Assembly (NCBI GenBank): GCA_963695335.1
Contig: OY968764.1
Span: forward strand, 224,001 to 288,000
DNA: 64,000 nt
Origin: an uncultured bacterium
GTDB lineage: Bacteria; Babelota; Babeliae; Babelales; Vermiphilaceae
Direction of reading: 5' to 3'
Shown: positions 30,321-39,746 of the stretch, piece after piece
How positions within the stretch are numbered: the first letter of the stretch is position 1
How the letters are laid out: each line of letters opens with the position of its first letter
Notes under the pieces: generated by a model
Seen by the model: only the letters and a program-made list of their open reading frames with translations
What the model was told of the DNA's origin: nothing
The model's database searches: none
Program-made: the position numbers and the translations under genes

Positions 30321-30460
30321 CGCTCACTTCCCCCATCTTCAATTCCTTCCGACGGGGACCCCGATTCAGCCCCATTTCCATTTCATTCCAATGGGGACCC
30401 CAATTGGAGTAAAACGCAAATTGGGGATAAAACGTAGTAAAATGTATCGAAGGATATGCA
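30321..30460 (+). repeat. Composite repeat cluster: family C units within a family A-like shell
   Basis: CGCTCAC...two CCCCAT..GGGGACCCC units...TGTATCGAAGGA. Confidence 0.6.
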
Positions 30461-30513
30461 AAAATTTATAAAAAACTGTATCCTAAAATAAAATATATTT
30501 TAAGGATTCCATT

Positions 30514-31776
30514 ATGCTTATTCCTCGCGTCAAAGGCACACAAGATTTTATCGATTGCACACTCTACAACTTTATTATTGATGCAATCAAAAAACATCTC
30601 ACAACATACCATTTCACTGAGATTCAAACACCAATCCTCGAATCAATCGACCTTTTTCAACGCTCGCTTGGGCAGCACACTGATGTGGTTTCTAAAGAAA
30701 TGTTTGTCATCGAATCCCGCAATGAAGATACTAAAGAGCGCATCTGCTTACGCCCAGAAGGCACCGCTTCTATTGTACGCGCATTCAATGAACATCGCAT
30801 TGAAACATTACCATGGAAAGTATTTTCACATGGCCCAATGTTCAGATACGAACGCCCTCAAAAAGGAAGATTCCGCCAATTCCACCAAGTAACTATGGAA
30901 GTAATTGGATCAGGTTCAATTTCTCAAGATGTGCAATTTATTGCAATGCTCGATCGCTTTTTTCATGAAATATTAAACATCAATAGCTACGCACTTGTAC
31001 TGAACTTTTTGGGATGTTCGCAAGATCGCGAACAATATTTAAACATTTTGCGACAATTTATGAATAAACCTGAAGTTGCACAAAATATCTGTGATAATTG
31101 CCGCGAAAGAAAAGAACACAATATCATGCGCATTTTTGATTGCAAAAATCCGCAATGCCAAGAATTATACAAAAATGCTCCGCACATTGCAGACAACCTT
31201 TGCCCGATTTGTGCACAAGAATGGCATGATTTGCAAAAACAGTTAAATCTTTTATCCGTTTCGCATGCATACAAACCAACATTGGTCCGTGGACTTGATT
31301 ATTACACCAAAACAGTATTTGAATTTGTAAGTGAAAATCTTGGCGCACAAAACACATTCTGTGGTGGTGGAAGATACAATCAACTCATCAAAGAACTTGG
31401 CGACAATCAAGATCAACCTGCCGTTGGTGCTGCATTTGGCATGGAACGGCTTATGCTGCTTCTTGAGCCATTCAAAAATCAATTGGCAATACCGCAACCT
31501 CCTGCACTTCACATGATTATTCCTATGACTCCTGCACAACACACATTGGCATTACTCCTTGCTGATGAACTGCAAGCGCAGAATATTTGCACTGATATAC
31601 TTTTTGAAGGCTCTATAAAAAATATGATGAAAAAAGCAAACAAACTTGGCGCTGCATATGCACTCATTTTGGGTGAAACGGAACAAGAAAATCGCACGGT
31701 TACACTCAAAAATATGGTTACAGGAACTGAAGAAGTTGTTGCTCAAATTGATGTTGTTGCAAGATTGAAAAAGTAA
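30514..31776 (+). CDS. hisS: Histidine--tRNA ligase
   Basis: RVKGTQD, LRPEGTA, FRYERPQKGRFRQFHQ, LVRGLDYY, GGGRY. Confidence 0.97.
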   Translation: MLIPRVKGTQDFIDCTLYNFIIDAIKKHLTTYHFTEIQTPILESIDLFQRSLGQHTDVVSKEMFVIESRNEDTKERICLRPEGTASIVRAFNEHRIETLPWKVFSHGPMFRYERPQKGRFRQFHQVTMEVIGSGSISQDVQFIAMLDRFFHEILNINSYALVLNFLGCSQDREQYLNILRQFMNKPEVAQNICDNCRERKEHNIMRIFDCKNPQCQELYKNAPHIADNLCPICAQEWHDLQKQLNLLSVSHAYKPTLVRGLDYYTKTVFEFVSENLGAQNTFCGGGRYNQLIKELGDNQDQPAVGAAFGMERLMLLLEPFKNQLAIPQPPALHMIIPMTPAQHTLALLLADELQAQNICTDILFEGSIKNMMKKANKLGAAYALILGETEQENRTVTLKNMVTGTEEVVAQIDVVARLKK

Positions 31777-31961
31777 TGGAATATAAAGGTTATTTTGGAG
31801 AAATAACTTACGATGATGAAGCAAAAATATTTCATGGTGAAGTAATTGGCCTTAAAGACATTATCACATTTCAAGGAAGAAGTACCAACGAGCTCGAGAA
31901 AGCGTTTCAAGATTCTATTAATAATTATCTTGCATGGTGCAAAGAGTTAAAAAAAATATAA
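31776..31961 (+). pseudogene. hicB: Truncated orphan HicB-family antitoxin
   Basis: MEYKGY....YD....IFHGEV.GL.D.ITFQG..ELEKAF..S...YL; stops before the DNA-binding domain, at a repeat cluster; no hicA adjacent. Confidence 0.7.
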
Positions 31962-32124
31962 CGTTCGTGTTGATGCTTCGTCATACTCACCAGTAAACGC
32001 TACGCTCAATACTTCACGAGATTGTTCCAATCCCGTTCGTGTTGATACTTCGTCAAGCTCAGTAGTAAACGCCCTACTTGCGTGCCCTACGAAGTTTTAA
32101 CGAAGTAGGGTCGAAACATACGAA
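31962..32124 (+). repeat. Nested REP-like cluster
   Basis: 32033-32124 is family A unit CCGTTCGTGTTGA|ACTTG|TCGAAACATACGAA interrupted by two 30-nt inserts. Confidence 0.8.
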
Positions 32125-32147
32125 TTCATTAAAAAAAAGAGTATTAC

Positions 32148-32372
32148 ATGCTAACACAAATACAACCGGGCCAAATTTGGCGCCATTATAAAAATAAAGA
32201 TTATCGTATTATTGCAGTATCCTGCTATTCAGAAGATTTATCATGGTACGTTGTGTATGAAGCGTTATACGATAATCCTGTCAGTAAAATCTGGCATCGC
32301 CCTCTTGATATGTTTTTAGAGAATGTAGAAATTGATAGTAAAATTGTGCCACGCTTTAAGTGTATTGAGTAA
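32148..32372 (+). CDS. DUF1653-family protein
   Basis: PGQIWRHYK..Y, HSE-like YSED, VVYEALY, W.RPL.MF.E.V, PRF. Confidence 0.85.
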   Translation: MLTQIQPGQIWRHYKNKDYRIIAVSCYSEDLSWYVVYEALYDNPVSKIWHRPLDMFLENVEIDSKIVPRFKCIE

Positions 32373-32405
32373 AAAAAAGAGGCTCCGTGCGGAGCCTTAT
32401 TTTTT
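32372..32405. terminator. Bidirectional terminator
   Basis: AGGCTCCG-TG-CGGAGCCT with flanking tracts. Confidence 0.7.
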
Positions 32406-32426
32406 AGTTAGTCAACTTGTTCCATC

Positions 32427-32744
32427 TCATTTTTCATTTCTTCCTCCAACATTCAACCCAATTTTTTTCAATTCTTGCTCAATCAATCCAGGAAGCAAAC
32501 TATAGTTCGGCTTTGCTGGTAAATATTTTTCTCTATTTGCCTGTTCAAGGGTCATAAACCCCATCGCGTTCATTTCCATTTCTATCTCTCTTTTCTTCCA
32601 GATTTCTTCAAGAGTTAATGGATGTGAAATCTTTGCAGGAGGTTTATTGGCAACACAACGCGATTTAGTTTCATCTTGCATCCCAAAATTCATTGCACTG
32701 AAAAACAACGCACACCATACACTCAACAAGATATACCGTTTCAT
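32427..32744 (-). CDS. Small secreted hypothetical protein
   Basis: Signal ..MNFG|MQD; GAGGTG RBS. Confidence 0.6.
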   Translation of the reverse strand: MKRYILLSVWCALFFSAMNFGMQDETKSRCVANKPPAKISHPLTLEEIWKKREIEMEMNAMGFMTLEQANREKYLPAKPNYSLLPGLIEQELKKIGLNVGGRNEK

Positions 32745-32827
32745 ATAAATTCACCTCTCATGTTTGTTATAACCAATTGTAGTTTAACTTATAGTATCAA
32801 ATAATATATGACTACAAAAGGATACTC

Positions 32828-33919
32828 ATGAAAAAAGTATTAACCATTGGCAGTGGTATTCAAGATGTTTTCACCAAATATGACAGTGTAGAAACATTAG
32901 ATTTTCATACCAAAGAAGAAGATCTTGCATATGTATGTTTACGCGCAGGAAGAAAAATAGAACTGCAAGATATTGAATATTATTGTGGTGGCGGCGCAAC
33001 CAATAGCGCCGTATCATTTGCACGTAATGGTTTTGAAGTGCAAAGCTTTTTTAAAATTGGCAATGATAAAAGTGGTGATTTTATTTTAGATAGTTTAAAA
33101 AAAGAAAATGTTTCGACTATACATGTTATTCGCACTGATGAAAAACCAACAGGCCAATCATTTATCATTCCAGGTCCGCATGGCAACAGCGCGGTTTTGG
33201 TATATCGTGGCGCAAATATTACGTTACAACAAAAAGAACTTCCTGAAAATGCAATTAAACAAGCAAATCAACTCTATATCACTTCGCTCAGTGGCCCTAC
33301 TGCACCGTTATTAATTCCCATCACACAGATGGCAAAAAAATATAATGTTCCTGTTGCAGCAAACCCTGGCACGAGTCAATTGCGTGCAGGCGCAGTATAT
33401 TTAAAAGAAGCGCTGTGCAATATAAATATTCTTATTTTAAATAGTTATGAAGCTGAATTGCTCATGACGTCATTAAACATTGAATCACCTTTACTTGCCC
33501 TTCGTAGCTTTAGCGAAGTAGGGCCGGAATTATTACAAAAACCACTTGGATCAATGAGTGCTTGTTTCACATTACAACAATTTTTTACTACCATGCACGC
33601 ATGCGGACCAGACATAATTGTTGTCACTAATGGATCGGAAGGAGTGTATGCGAGTGATAGAAACAGTATCTACTTCCATCCTAGTATAAAAATTAACATT
33701 GTCAGTAGCACTGGTGCTGGTGATGCTTTTGGATCTTCTTTTGTAGCACAACTAAATCATAATAAATCAATTGAAGATGCATTGCGCATGGGTATTATTA
33801 ACAGCTCTTCTGTTATCAAACATCTTGGTACACAAAATGGATTATTGGCAGGTAATGAATTAGAAAAAATAGCAGCTCATCTTGATAAAAAATTGCTGCA
33901 AAAATATCCACTCAAATAA
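32828..33919 (+). CDS. PfkB/ribokinase-family kinase
   Basis: GGGATNSAV, IGND..G, LNSYEA, STGAGDAFGS. Confidence 0.9.
   Translation: MKKVLTIGSGIQDVFTKYDSVETLDFHTKEEDLAYVCLRAGRKIELQDIEYYCGGGATNSAVSFARNGFEVQSFFKIGNDKSGDFILDSLKKENVSTIHVIRTDEKPTGQSFIIPGPHGNSAVLVYRGANITLQQKELPENAIKQANQLYITSLSGPTAPLLIPITQMAKKYNVPVAANPGTSQLRAGAVYLKEALCNINILILNSYEAELLMTSLNIESPLLALRSFSEVGPELLQKPLGSMSACFTLQQFFTTMHACGPDIIVVTNGSEGVYASDRNSIYFHPSIKINIVSSTGAGDAFGSSFVAQLNHNKSIEDALRMGIINSSSVIKHLGTQNGLLAGNELEKIAAHLDKKLLQKYPLK
33493..33525 (+). repeat. 33-nt family B repeat in frame in the PfkB kinase (LALRSFSEVGP)
   Basis: 32/33 identity with 57-89 (rc). Confidence 0.9.
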
Positions 33920-33927
33920 AAATGTCT

Positions 33928-34311
33928 TTACATTCTCGGTAAACATTTAAGCTCAACTATAAATTGTATTTTCTTTTTAATATTGCCCATTAATTCCTGA
34001 TATTGAGCATCGGTTATATTGTTATTTCTATGCAATGGCTCACCAATCAAAATATCTGCCATAATATTCAACTGCTGTATGAGATAATTTTTATTACCTA
34101 CTTTCAGTTGAGAGCCATCTAATACAGCCTCTATAGCTTGGGAAATCCAATCATCACGAAGCGTTCCCTGTGCAAAGTAAAAACGCATTCCCTGTTTTTT
34201 ACTGTTTTCTATAAACTTACGTGAATTATCAGACAGTTTCTCCATTGCCATTGATAATTGCACGCTCAAAAAACTTATCATCAATACAATTGTAACCACA
34301 TTCTTCTTCAT
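33928..34311 (-). CDS. Secreted hypothetical protein
   Basis: Signal ..LSMA|MEK; GGGGG RBS. Confidence 0.65.
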   Translation of the reverse strand: MKKNVVTIVLMISFLSVQLSMAMEKLSDNSRKFIENSKKQGMRFYFAQGTLRDDWISQAIEAVLDGSQLKVGNKNYLIQQLNIMADILIGEPLHRNNNITDAQYQELMGNIKKKIQFIVELKCLPRM

Positions 34312-34464
34312 AACACCCCCTGTTTTTTACAAATAATGCTATATACACCCTCATTTTAATCAAACACTTATTCAAACTGCAATAGATAAGTTCTTTTTGT
34401 ATCATTTTTTTTGTTATACTCGGTACAATTTAAAGTAAAAAAATTTATCTATGGAGCTTTTAGT

Positions 34465-37170
34465 ATGGAATCGTATCAACAAACCATTGAAACTATTACG
34501 CAAACATTAAAAGTAGACCCAGAAAAAGGTCTATCTGAGCAAGAAATTATACAAAGGCAGAAAACTCATGGTTACAACGTTTTAAAAGAAGTAAAACAAC
34601 GCGGCATCATCACTATCTTTATCAGCCAATTCCAAAACCCTCTTGTCTACATACTTTTTTTCGCTGCAGTCATTATTTTTATTTTTGGTGACGATAAACT
34701 TGATGCCTTTATTATTAGCGGCGTACTGTTTTTTAATGCTATTTTGGGCACCGTACAAGAAGCACGCACCAAAAATATTATTGAAAGCCTCAAACATTAT
34801 ATCAAAGCAGAGACGGTTGTATTACGAGACGGCGCAAAAACAGTTATTGATGAACGCAATCTTGTAGTTGGCGACATTATTTTCCTACAAGAAGGCCAAC
34901 GTGTTCCGGCTGACGCACGTATTATTACAGCAACCAATCTACGTGTTGACGAAGCAATCTTAACCGGTGAAGCACATCCAGCAACAAAACAATCTGACGT
35001 TATATCTCAACAAGTTCCACTGGGCGATCGCACCAATATGATTTTTAAAGGAACATATATTTTAGCTGGTGCTGGTCAAGCTATAGTTACTGCAATAGGT
35101 TCTGAAACTGAAATTGGAAAAATCCAAGTTATTACTGAAGAAATTGATACTGAAATTCCGTTACGCAAAGAATTGGAGGTTTTATCACACTGGATTTTAC
35201 TTTTTATTATCGCCACTTGCCTCTTTTTATTTGTTGTAGGTCTTTTTACAGGTAAACCAATCAAAGAACTTCTTGTTATGCTCACTGCACTCTTTATTTG
35301 TGTGGTTCCTGAAGGGTTACCCGTTGTACTCACATTAGTGCTTGTTGCAGGAGCACTGCAGATGGCAAAACATTTTGTATTAGTACGCAATATGCAAGCA
35401 GTAGAATCTTTAGGACGCACCAATGTGATTGTGATTGATAAAACAGGCACGCTCACACGTAATGAAATGGTTGTGCCCATTGTATGGACTGCTGATAATC
35501 TTTGGAACATCAGCGGGGAAGGATATCGTTGCGAAGGCACTGTATGCAAAAACGGAACTATTATGACAGACTCAGCACTTGAAAGTGATCTGGTACACAT
35601 GGCGATCGCTGCACATCTGCTAAATAATGCTGAAATTATTCATATCCCCAAACTAGATATTTTTGAAATTAAAGGTGATCCAACCGAAGCTGCACTTTTT
35701 GTTTTTTCAGAAAAAATAAAATCTACGTTTGAGCATAATATTACACAATATCAAAAAATATATGAAATACCTTTTGAATCTACCACACGATATCATGCTG
35801 GTTTTTATAAAATAAATAATGAGGCTATAGCTTTTATCATTGGATCACCAGAAACAGTATTTGCACGCTCATCTGAAATGCCCAAGTCAGCAGAAGATAC
35901 GTTAAACACATTTCTCAAAGATGGATTACGAGTTGTTGCATTTGGCATGAAAAAATTCAATGCTGATGACCTTGCAAACGTTACAGAGCGCGCACAATAC
36001 GAAGATCTTTTAGCAAACAATGTAACATTCCTTGGTCTTGCAGGCATTGAAGATTCCATTAGATCAGAAGTAACACCAATCATTACTAAAGCACGCAATG
36101 CAGGATTATCAATCATCATGGCAACAGGAGATCATCAACAAACCGCACTCAATGTTGCAAAACGTGTCGGTATTTTTCGCGAAGGTGACGATATTGTTGA
36201 TGGATCAAACATCGACCAATTAACCGATGAGCAACTGCTTGTACGCCTTGATCATATCACTGTATTTTCACGCGTATCGGCGCAACACAAAATGCGTATC
36301 ATCAGTTTGTTACAAAAATCAGGAAAAATTGTTGCCATGACAGGTGATGGCATTAATGATGCTCCATCGTTGGTTAAAGCAGATTTGGGAATTGCAATGG
36401 GAAAATCAGGAACAGAAGTTGCAAAACAAGCTGCAGATTTAGTGCTGCTCAATGACTCTTTTGCAACCATTATTGAAGCAATAGAAGAAGGCAGACATAT
36501 TTTTTACACACTCAAACGCATCGTGCTGTATTTCTTTTCAACGAATATGGGAGAAATATTAATTGTATTGTTCGCGTTTCTTACAACACTGTTTACGGGA
36601 ATAGATTTACCACTTCCTATAACTGCCGTTCAAATTTTATGGCTCAACTTGGTAACCGATGGATTTTTGGATGTTGGTTTATCAATGGAACCCAAAGAAT
36701 CAGGATTGCTTGAACAACATTGGCTTGAAAAAAAACAACACCTGATTGATATCCCATTATTACTCAAAATGTTATTCATGGCAATTCCAATGGGAATTGG
36801 TTCATTAGCAGTATTTTTACACTATTATCAAACTGATCTTGCACATGCACGCACCATGACACTTATCACCATGGCAATGTATCAATGGTTTAATGCGTGG
36901 AATTGCCGCTCAGAAACACGTTCACTCTTTTCACTCGGTCTATTCACTAACAAATGGCTTATTGCTGTTATGGCTCTTGTTCTTGCGCTGCAATCAGCAA
37001 TTGTATATCTCCCATTCATGCGTCATATCTTTAAAACTGTACCACTCACAATACATGATTGGATTATTGTTGTGACTGTATCTGCTCCTATTATTATCCT
37101 TGAAGAAATTCGTAAAGCTATTGCGCGTAAGCAACATGCACACATTGACGCTTTACAACAAAAAGAGTAA
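34465..37170 (+). CDS. Cation-transporting P-type ATPase (type II, Ca2+-like)
   Basis: LTGEA, PEGLP, DKTGTLT, TGDH, MTGDGINDAP, QILWLNLVTD. Confidence 0.93.
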   Translation: MESYQQTIETITQTLKVDPEKGLSEQEIIQRQKTHGYNVLKEVKQRGIITIFISQFQNPLVYILFFAAVIIFIFGDDKLDAFIISGVLFFNAILGTVQEARTKNIIESLKHYIKAETVVLRDGAKTVIDERNLVVGDIIFLQEGQRVPADARIITATNLRVDEAILTGEAHPATKQSDVISQQVPLGDRTNMIFKGTYILAGAGQAIVTAIGSETEIGKIQVITEEIDTEIPLRKELEVLSHWILLFIIATCLFLFVVGLFTGKPIKELLVMLTALFICVVPEGLPVVLTLVLVAGALQMAKHFVLVRNMQAVESLGRTNVIVIDKTGTLTRNEMVVPIVWTADNLWNISGEGYRCEGTVCKNGTIMTDSALESDLVHMAIAAHLLNNAEIIHIPKLDIFEIKGDPTEAALFVFSEKIKSTFEHNITQYQKIYEIPFESTTRYHAGFYKINNEAIAFIIGSPETVFARSSEMPKSAEDTLNTFLKDGLRVVAFGMKKFNADDLANVTERAQYEDLLANNVTFLGLAGIEDSIRSEVTPIITKARNAGLSIIMATGDHQQTALNVAKRVGIFREGDDIVDGSNIDQLTDEQLLVRLDHITVFSRVSAQHKMRIISLLQKSGKIVAMTGDGINDAPSLVKADLGIAMGKSGTEVAKQAADLVLLNDSFATIIEAIEEGRHIFYTLKRIVLYFFSTNMGEILIVLFAFLTTLFTGIDLPLPITAVQILWLNLVTDGFLDVGLSMEPKESGLLEQHWLEKKQHLIDIPLLLKMLFMAIPMGIGSLAVFLHYYQTDLAHARTMTLITMAMYQWFNAWNCRSETRSLFSLGLFTNKWLIAVMALVLALQSAIVYLPFMRHIFKTVPLTIHDWIIVVTVSAPIIILEEIRKAIARKQHAHIDALQQKE

Positions 37171-37214
37171 AGTTTAAGAAAAAAAATTTTACTTATCTTT
37201 TAACAAGGAAAAAA

Positions 37215-37892
37215 ATGAAAAATCGCATCCTCACAACAACAACTCTCTGTGTAACTCTCCTCAATTCAATCAACGCTGAAACACAAACAGCTGCAAAACC
37301 AAAAACCATTTCTTCTGTAGCAGATGTGATGGGTGATAGCAAAGTTACCATCGATGCAGCAATTGGATTTATTGAATCATTTGCTGTAATGGGAGATTGT
37401 CAAGAAGGCCTCAAGGCACGTAAAGAAATAGAAACAAAACGTGACCTTGCTGGCAAAGAAATCCAAGACGAAGCAAAAAAATATGAAAAAGCAAAAAATG
37501 ATTACATCAGCAAATCAACAACTATGAGTGATGCAGCACGTGCAAAAGAAGAAAAACAGCTGATGAAACTAGAAAATGATATCAAAACTCTTGCATCTGA
37601 AAAAGAAGATGAACTTAAAATGGATATGCAATTTGCTACTGAAAATTTAGCACAAAATCTTGATGCAACTGTGGCAAAACTTGCTCAAGCAGAAAATCTC
37701 GACATCATTTTTGATAAAATGACCGGCCGCGCAATGTATGTTTCTGATAAATTTGATTACACCAATAAAGCAATCAAAGAAATGGACAAAAGTTACGAAA
37801 TTAAACTCGCACAAAACAAACAAGCTGAATCTGCAACAAAGCTAGCTGACAATAAAACAGCTCCTGCTGCAAAAGCTAAAGTAAGTGCGTAA
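37215..37892 (+). CDS. skp: OmpH/Skp periplasmic chaperone
   Basis: Signal peptide; IGFI, coiled coil, LA..ENLDIIFD, D.T..I. Confidence 0.75.
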   Translation: MKNRILTTTTLCVTLLNSINAETQTAAKPKTISSVADVMGDSKVTIDAAIGFIESFAVMGDCQEGLKARKEIETKRDLAGKEIQDEAKKYEKAKNDYISKSTTMSDAARAKEEKQLMKLENDIKTLASEKEDELKMDMQFATENLAQNLDATVAKLAQAENLDIIFDKMTGRAMYVSDKFDYTNKAIKEMDKSYEIKLAQNKQAESATKLADNKTAPAAKAKVSA

Positions 37893-37925
37893 TACAACAG
37901 ATCACACAATAAAAAGGGTCCTCTC

Positions 37926-38546
37926 ATGAAAAAAATATTATTCTTATCTTGTTTACTCATTCCTGCAGCTATGCATTGCATGGAGAAAGAAACACAAGTT
38001 ATCAATCGTCCATTGCAGTACTCTGATATAGAACATGAAGTATCTAGATTCGATGAACTTTTGGATAACAATCAACACTGGTTATATAGAAAAGGGGGCG
38101 ATGATCCTTTATCCATTCTTGTAGCATGTAAATATCCTGACCGTACGTATAGATGCCCAGAATATAATATAGGAATTTTACGTGAACATAATTCAACAAC
38201 TCTTGCAACTATGGATTACCTAAAAAATGCTAATTATAATGGTTTCTCTGCTATAGGAGCAGTAACTTTATCAACTACGATACATTATAAGGAACAAAAA
38301 CAAATTATACAGAAACTAATCAAAGCCGGTTATCCAGTTACAGAAAAAGATAAATTGCTTGTTTTGCATCTTGAACAAACAATACATCATAACTACCCTG
38401 ACAAGACATCTGATTTGCTCGATCACACAGAAGAAAGTTATCGCTGCAATCTCTTAGGTCAATTCTGTAATTTCATTGTTTATCTTTGTAATTTATGTCC
38501 TATTAACCTAACACAAGATGAAAAACAAAATCTGCACTTTGAATAA
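37926..38546 (+). CDS. Secreted paralog family member 1
   Basis: MKKILFLSCLLIPAAMHC|MEK; GFSAIG...IQKL..AG...TEKDK. Confidence 0.7.
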   Translation: MKKILFLSCLLIPAAMHCMEKETQVINRPLQYSDIEHEVSRFDELLDNNQHWLYRKGGDDPLSILVACKYPDRTYRCPEYNIGILREHNSTTLATMDYLKNANYNGFSAIGAVTLSTTIHYKEQKQIIQKLIKAGYPVTEKDKLLVLHLEQTIHHNYPDKTSDLLDHTEESYRCNLLGQFCNFIVYLCNLCPINLTQDEKQNLHFE

Positions 38547-38559
38547 CCAAGGCATTCTT

Positions 38560-39006
38560 ATGAAAAAAATACTTTTCTTATCTTTTTTACTCATTCCTGC
38601 TACTACACAGTGTATGAAAACAAAAGGACCCAACTTAAGTAAAATGAGTCCAAAAAAACGTCATGAATTTGTATTACAAAATCTATATAACAAGAAACAG
38701 CCTATTGAAACAGTATACTATCAAGAAAACCATGACCATGCAGGTATAATGCAAAAACAATTAAAAACAATTGATGTTCATGGATATTCTGCTATAGGTC
38801 TTGCGGCTGTATCAATCAAAGTATTGTCTCTCATGCCAACTGATAAAAAAGAGTATTTTAATGAAGAATCATACAAAGAAAAAAAACATTACATTAAACA
38901 GTTAAAAAAACTTGGTATTAAGGCCACATCAAAAGACAAACAGCTTCTTTTACAAATTAAAAAAGAAGCAAGAATGAATTGTCATAGAACTGATGTACGC
39001 AATTAA
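38560..39006 (+). CDS. Secreted paralog family member 2
   Basis: MKKILFLSFLLIPATTQC|MK; GYSAIG...IKQL..LG...TSKDK. Confidence 0.7.
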   Translation: MKKILFLSFLLIPATTQCMKTKGPNLSKMSPKKRHEFVLQNLYNKKQPIETVYYQENHDHAGIMQKQLKTIDVHGYSAIGLAAVSIKVLSLMPTDKKEYFNEESYKEKKHYIKQLKKLGIKATSKDKQLLLQIKKEARMNCHRTDVRN

Positions 39007-39070
39007 CAAGCATAAAACATATTTTTATAGCGGTTGGGCAATCCAACCGCTATTTTTGAATACATACCCT

Positions 39071-39694
39071 ATGAAACACACAACACTATTTTCAATTTCA
39101 CTTTTTTTATTATTCCCTACTGCAATGCAATGCATGAAAAAAGAAAAAGAAATCATTCTTATTCCAAAAACTATGCAAGAAATCAAAGACGAACGTGATT
39201 TTATTTACAACAAATCTTATTACCACGAAGACCCGATAAATAACATTTTAATTCAACGTAACTGGCAAGGATTTTTAAATTTTTTAAAACACCGACAATG
39301 GATGGAAGCGCAACTACACTATGATTATGATAGCTTAGAGGATGATCCAGATCTTGCTTGGTATCAACAATATACCTCCAGAGGTTATTCACTTGCAGGA
39401 ATTGCTACAATAGCACTCTACACATTCAATCCAGATCTTCCATTCAAACAACATGTATCCTTTTCGGACAAAAAAGAATTTATACTAAAACTTCAAGCAT
39501 TTGATTTTCAAACAACAAGCAAAGACAAATATCTTGCCTTACGCACAAAATATGACGAATTTGGGCCGGCAATAATTAAAAAAATGTTACTTCTGCAGGA
39601 TATGCTGCTTTTATCAGAGATAGATGTGCCACAAGAAGCCATACACGATATACCATTACTTATGTTTGAAGCCGAAGAATCATTACTTTGTTGA
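39071..39694 (+). CDS. Secreted paralog family member 3
   Basis: ..FPTAMQC|MK; GYSLAG...TSKDK; EFGPAIIKKMLLLQD..EESLL. Confidence 0.7.
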   Translation: MKHTTLFSISLFLLFPTAMQCMKKEKEIILIPKTMQEIKDERDFIYNKSYYHEDPINNILIQRNWQGFLNFLKHRQWMEAQLHYDYDSLEDDPDLAWYQQYTSRGYSLAGIATIALYTFNPDLPFKQHVSFSDKKEFILKLQAFDFQTTSKDKYLALRTKYDEFGPAIIKKMLLLQDMLLLSEIDVPQEAIHDIPLLMFEAEESLLC

Positions 39695-39746
39695 TGAATA
39701 TGCTATAGTAACAATAAACAAATCTGTAATATAAAATGAGTTTATT

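Noticed and set aside
30321..30460. T-box or tRNA upstream of hisS
   Set aside because: No T-box consensus or cloverleaf seen; composed of repeat units found elsewhere in the window
31962..32124. CRISPR array suggested by roughly 30-nt periodic units
   Set aside because: No identical repeats separated by unique spacers and no cas genes; nested palindromes explain it
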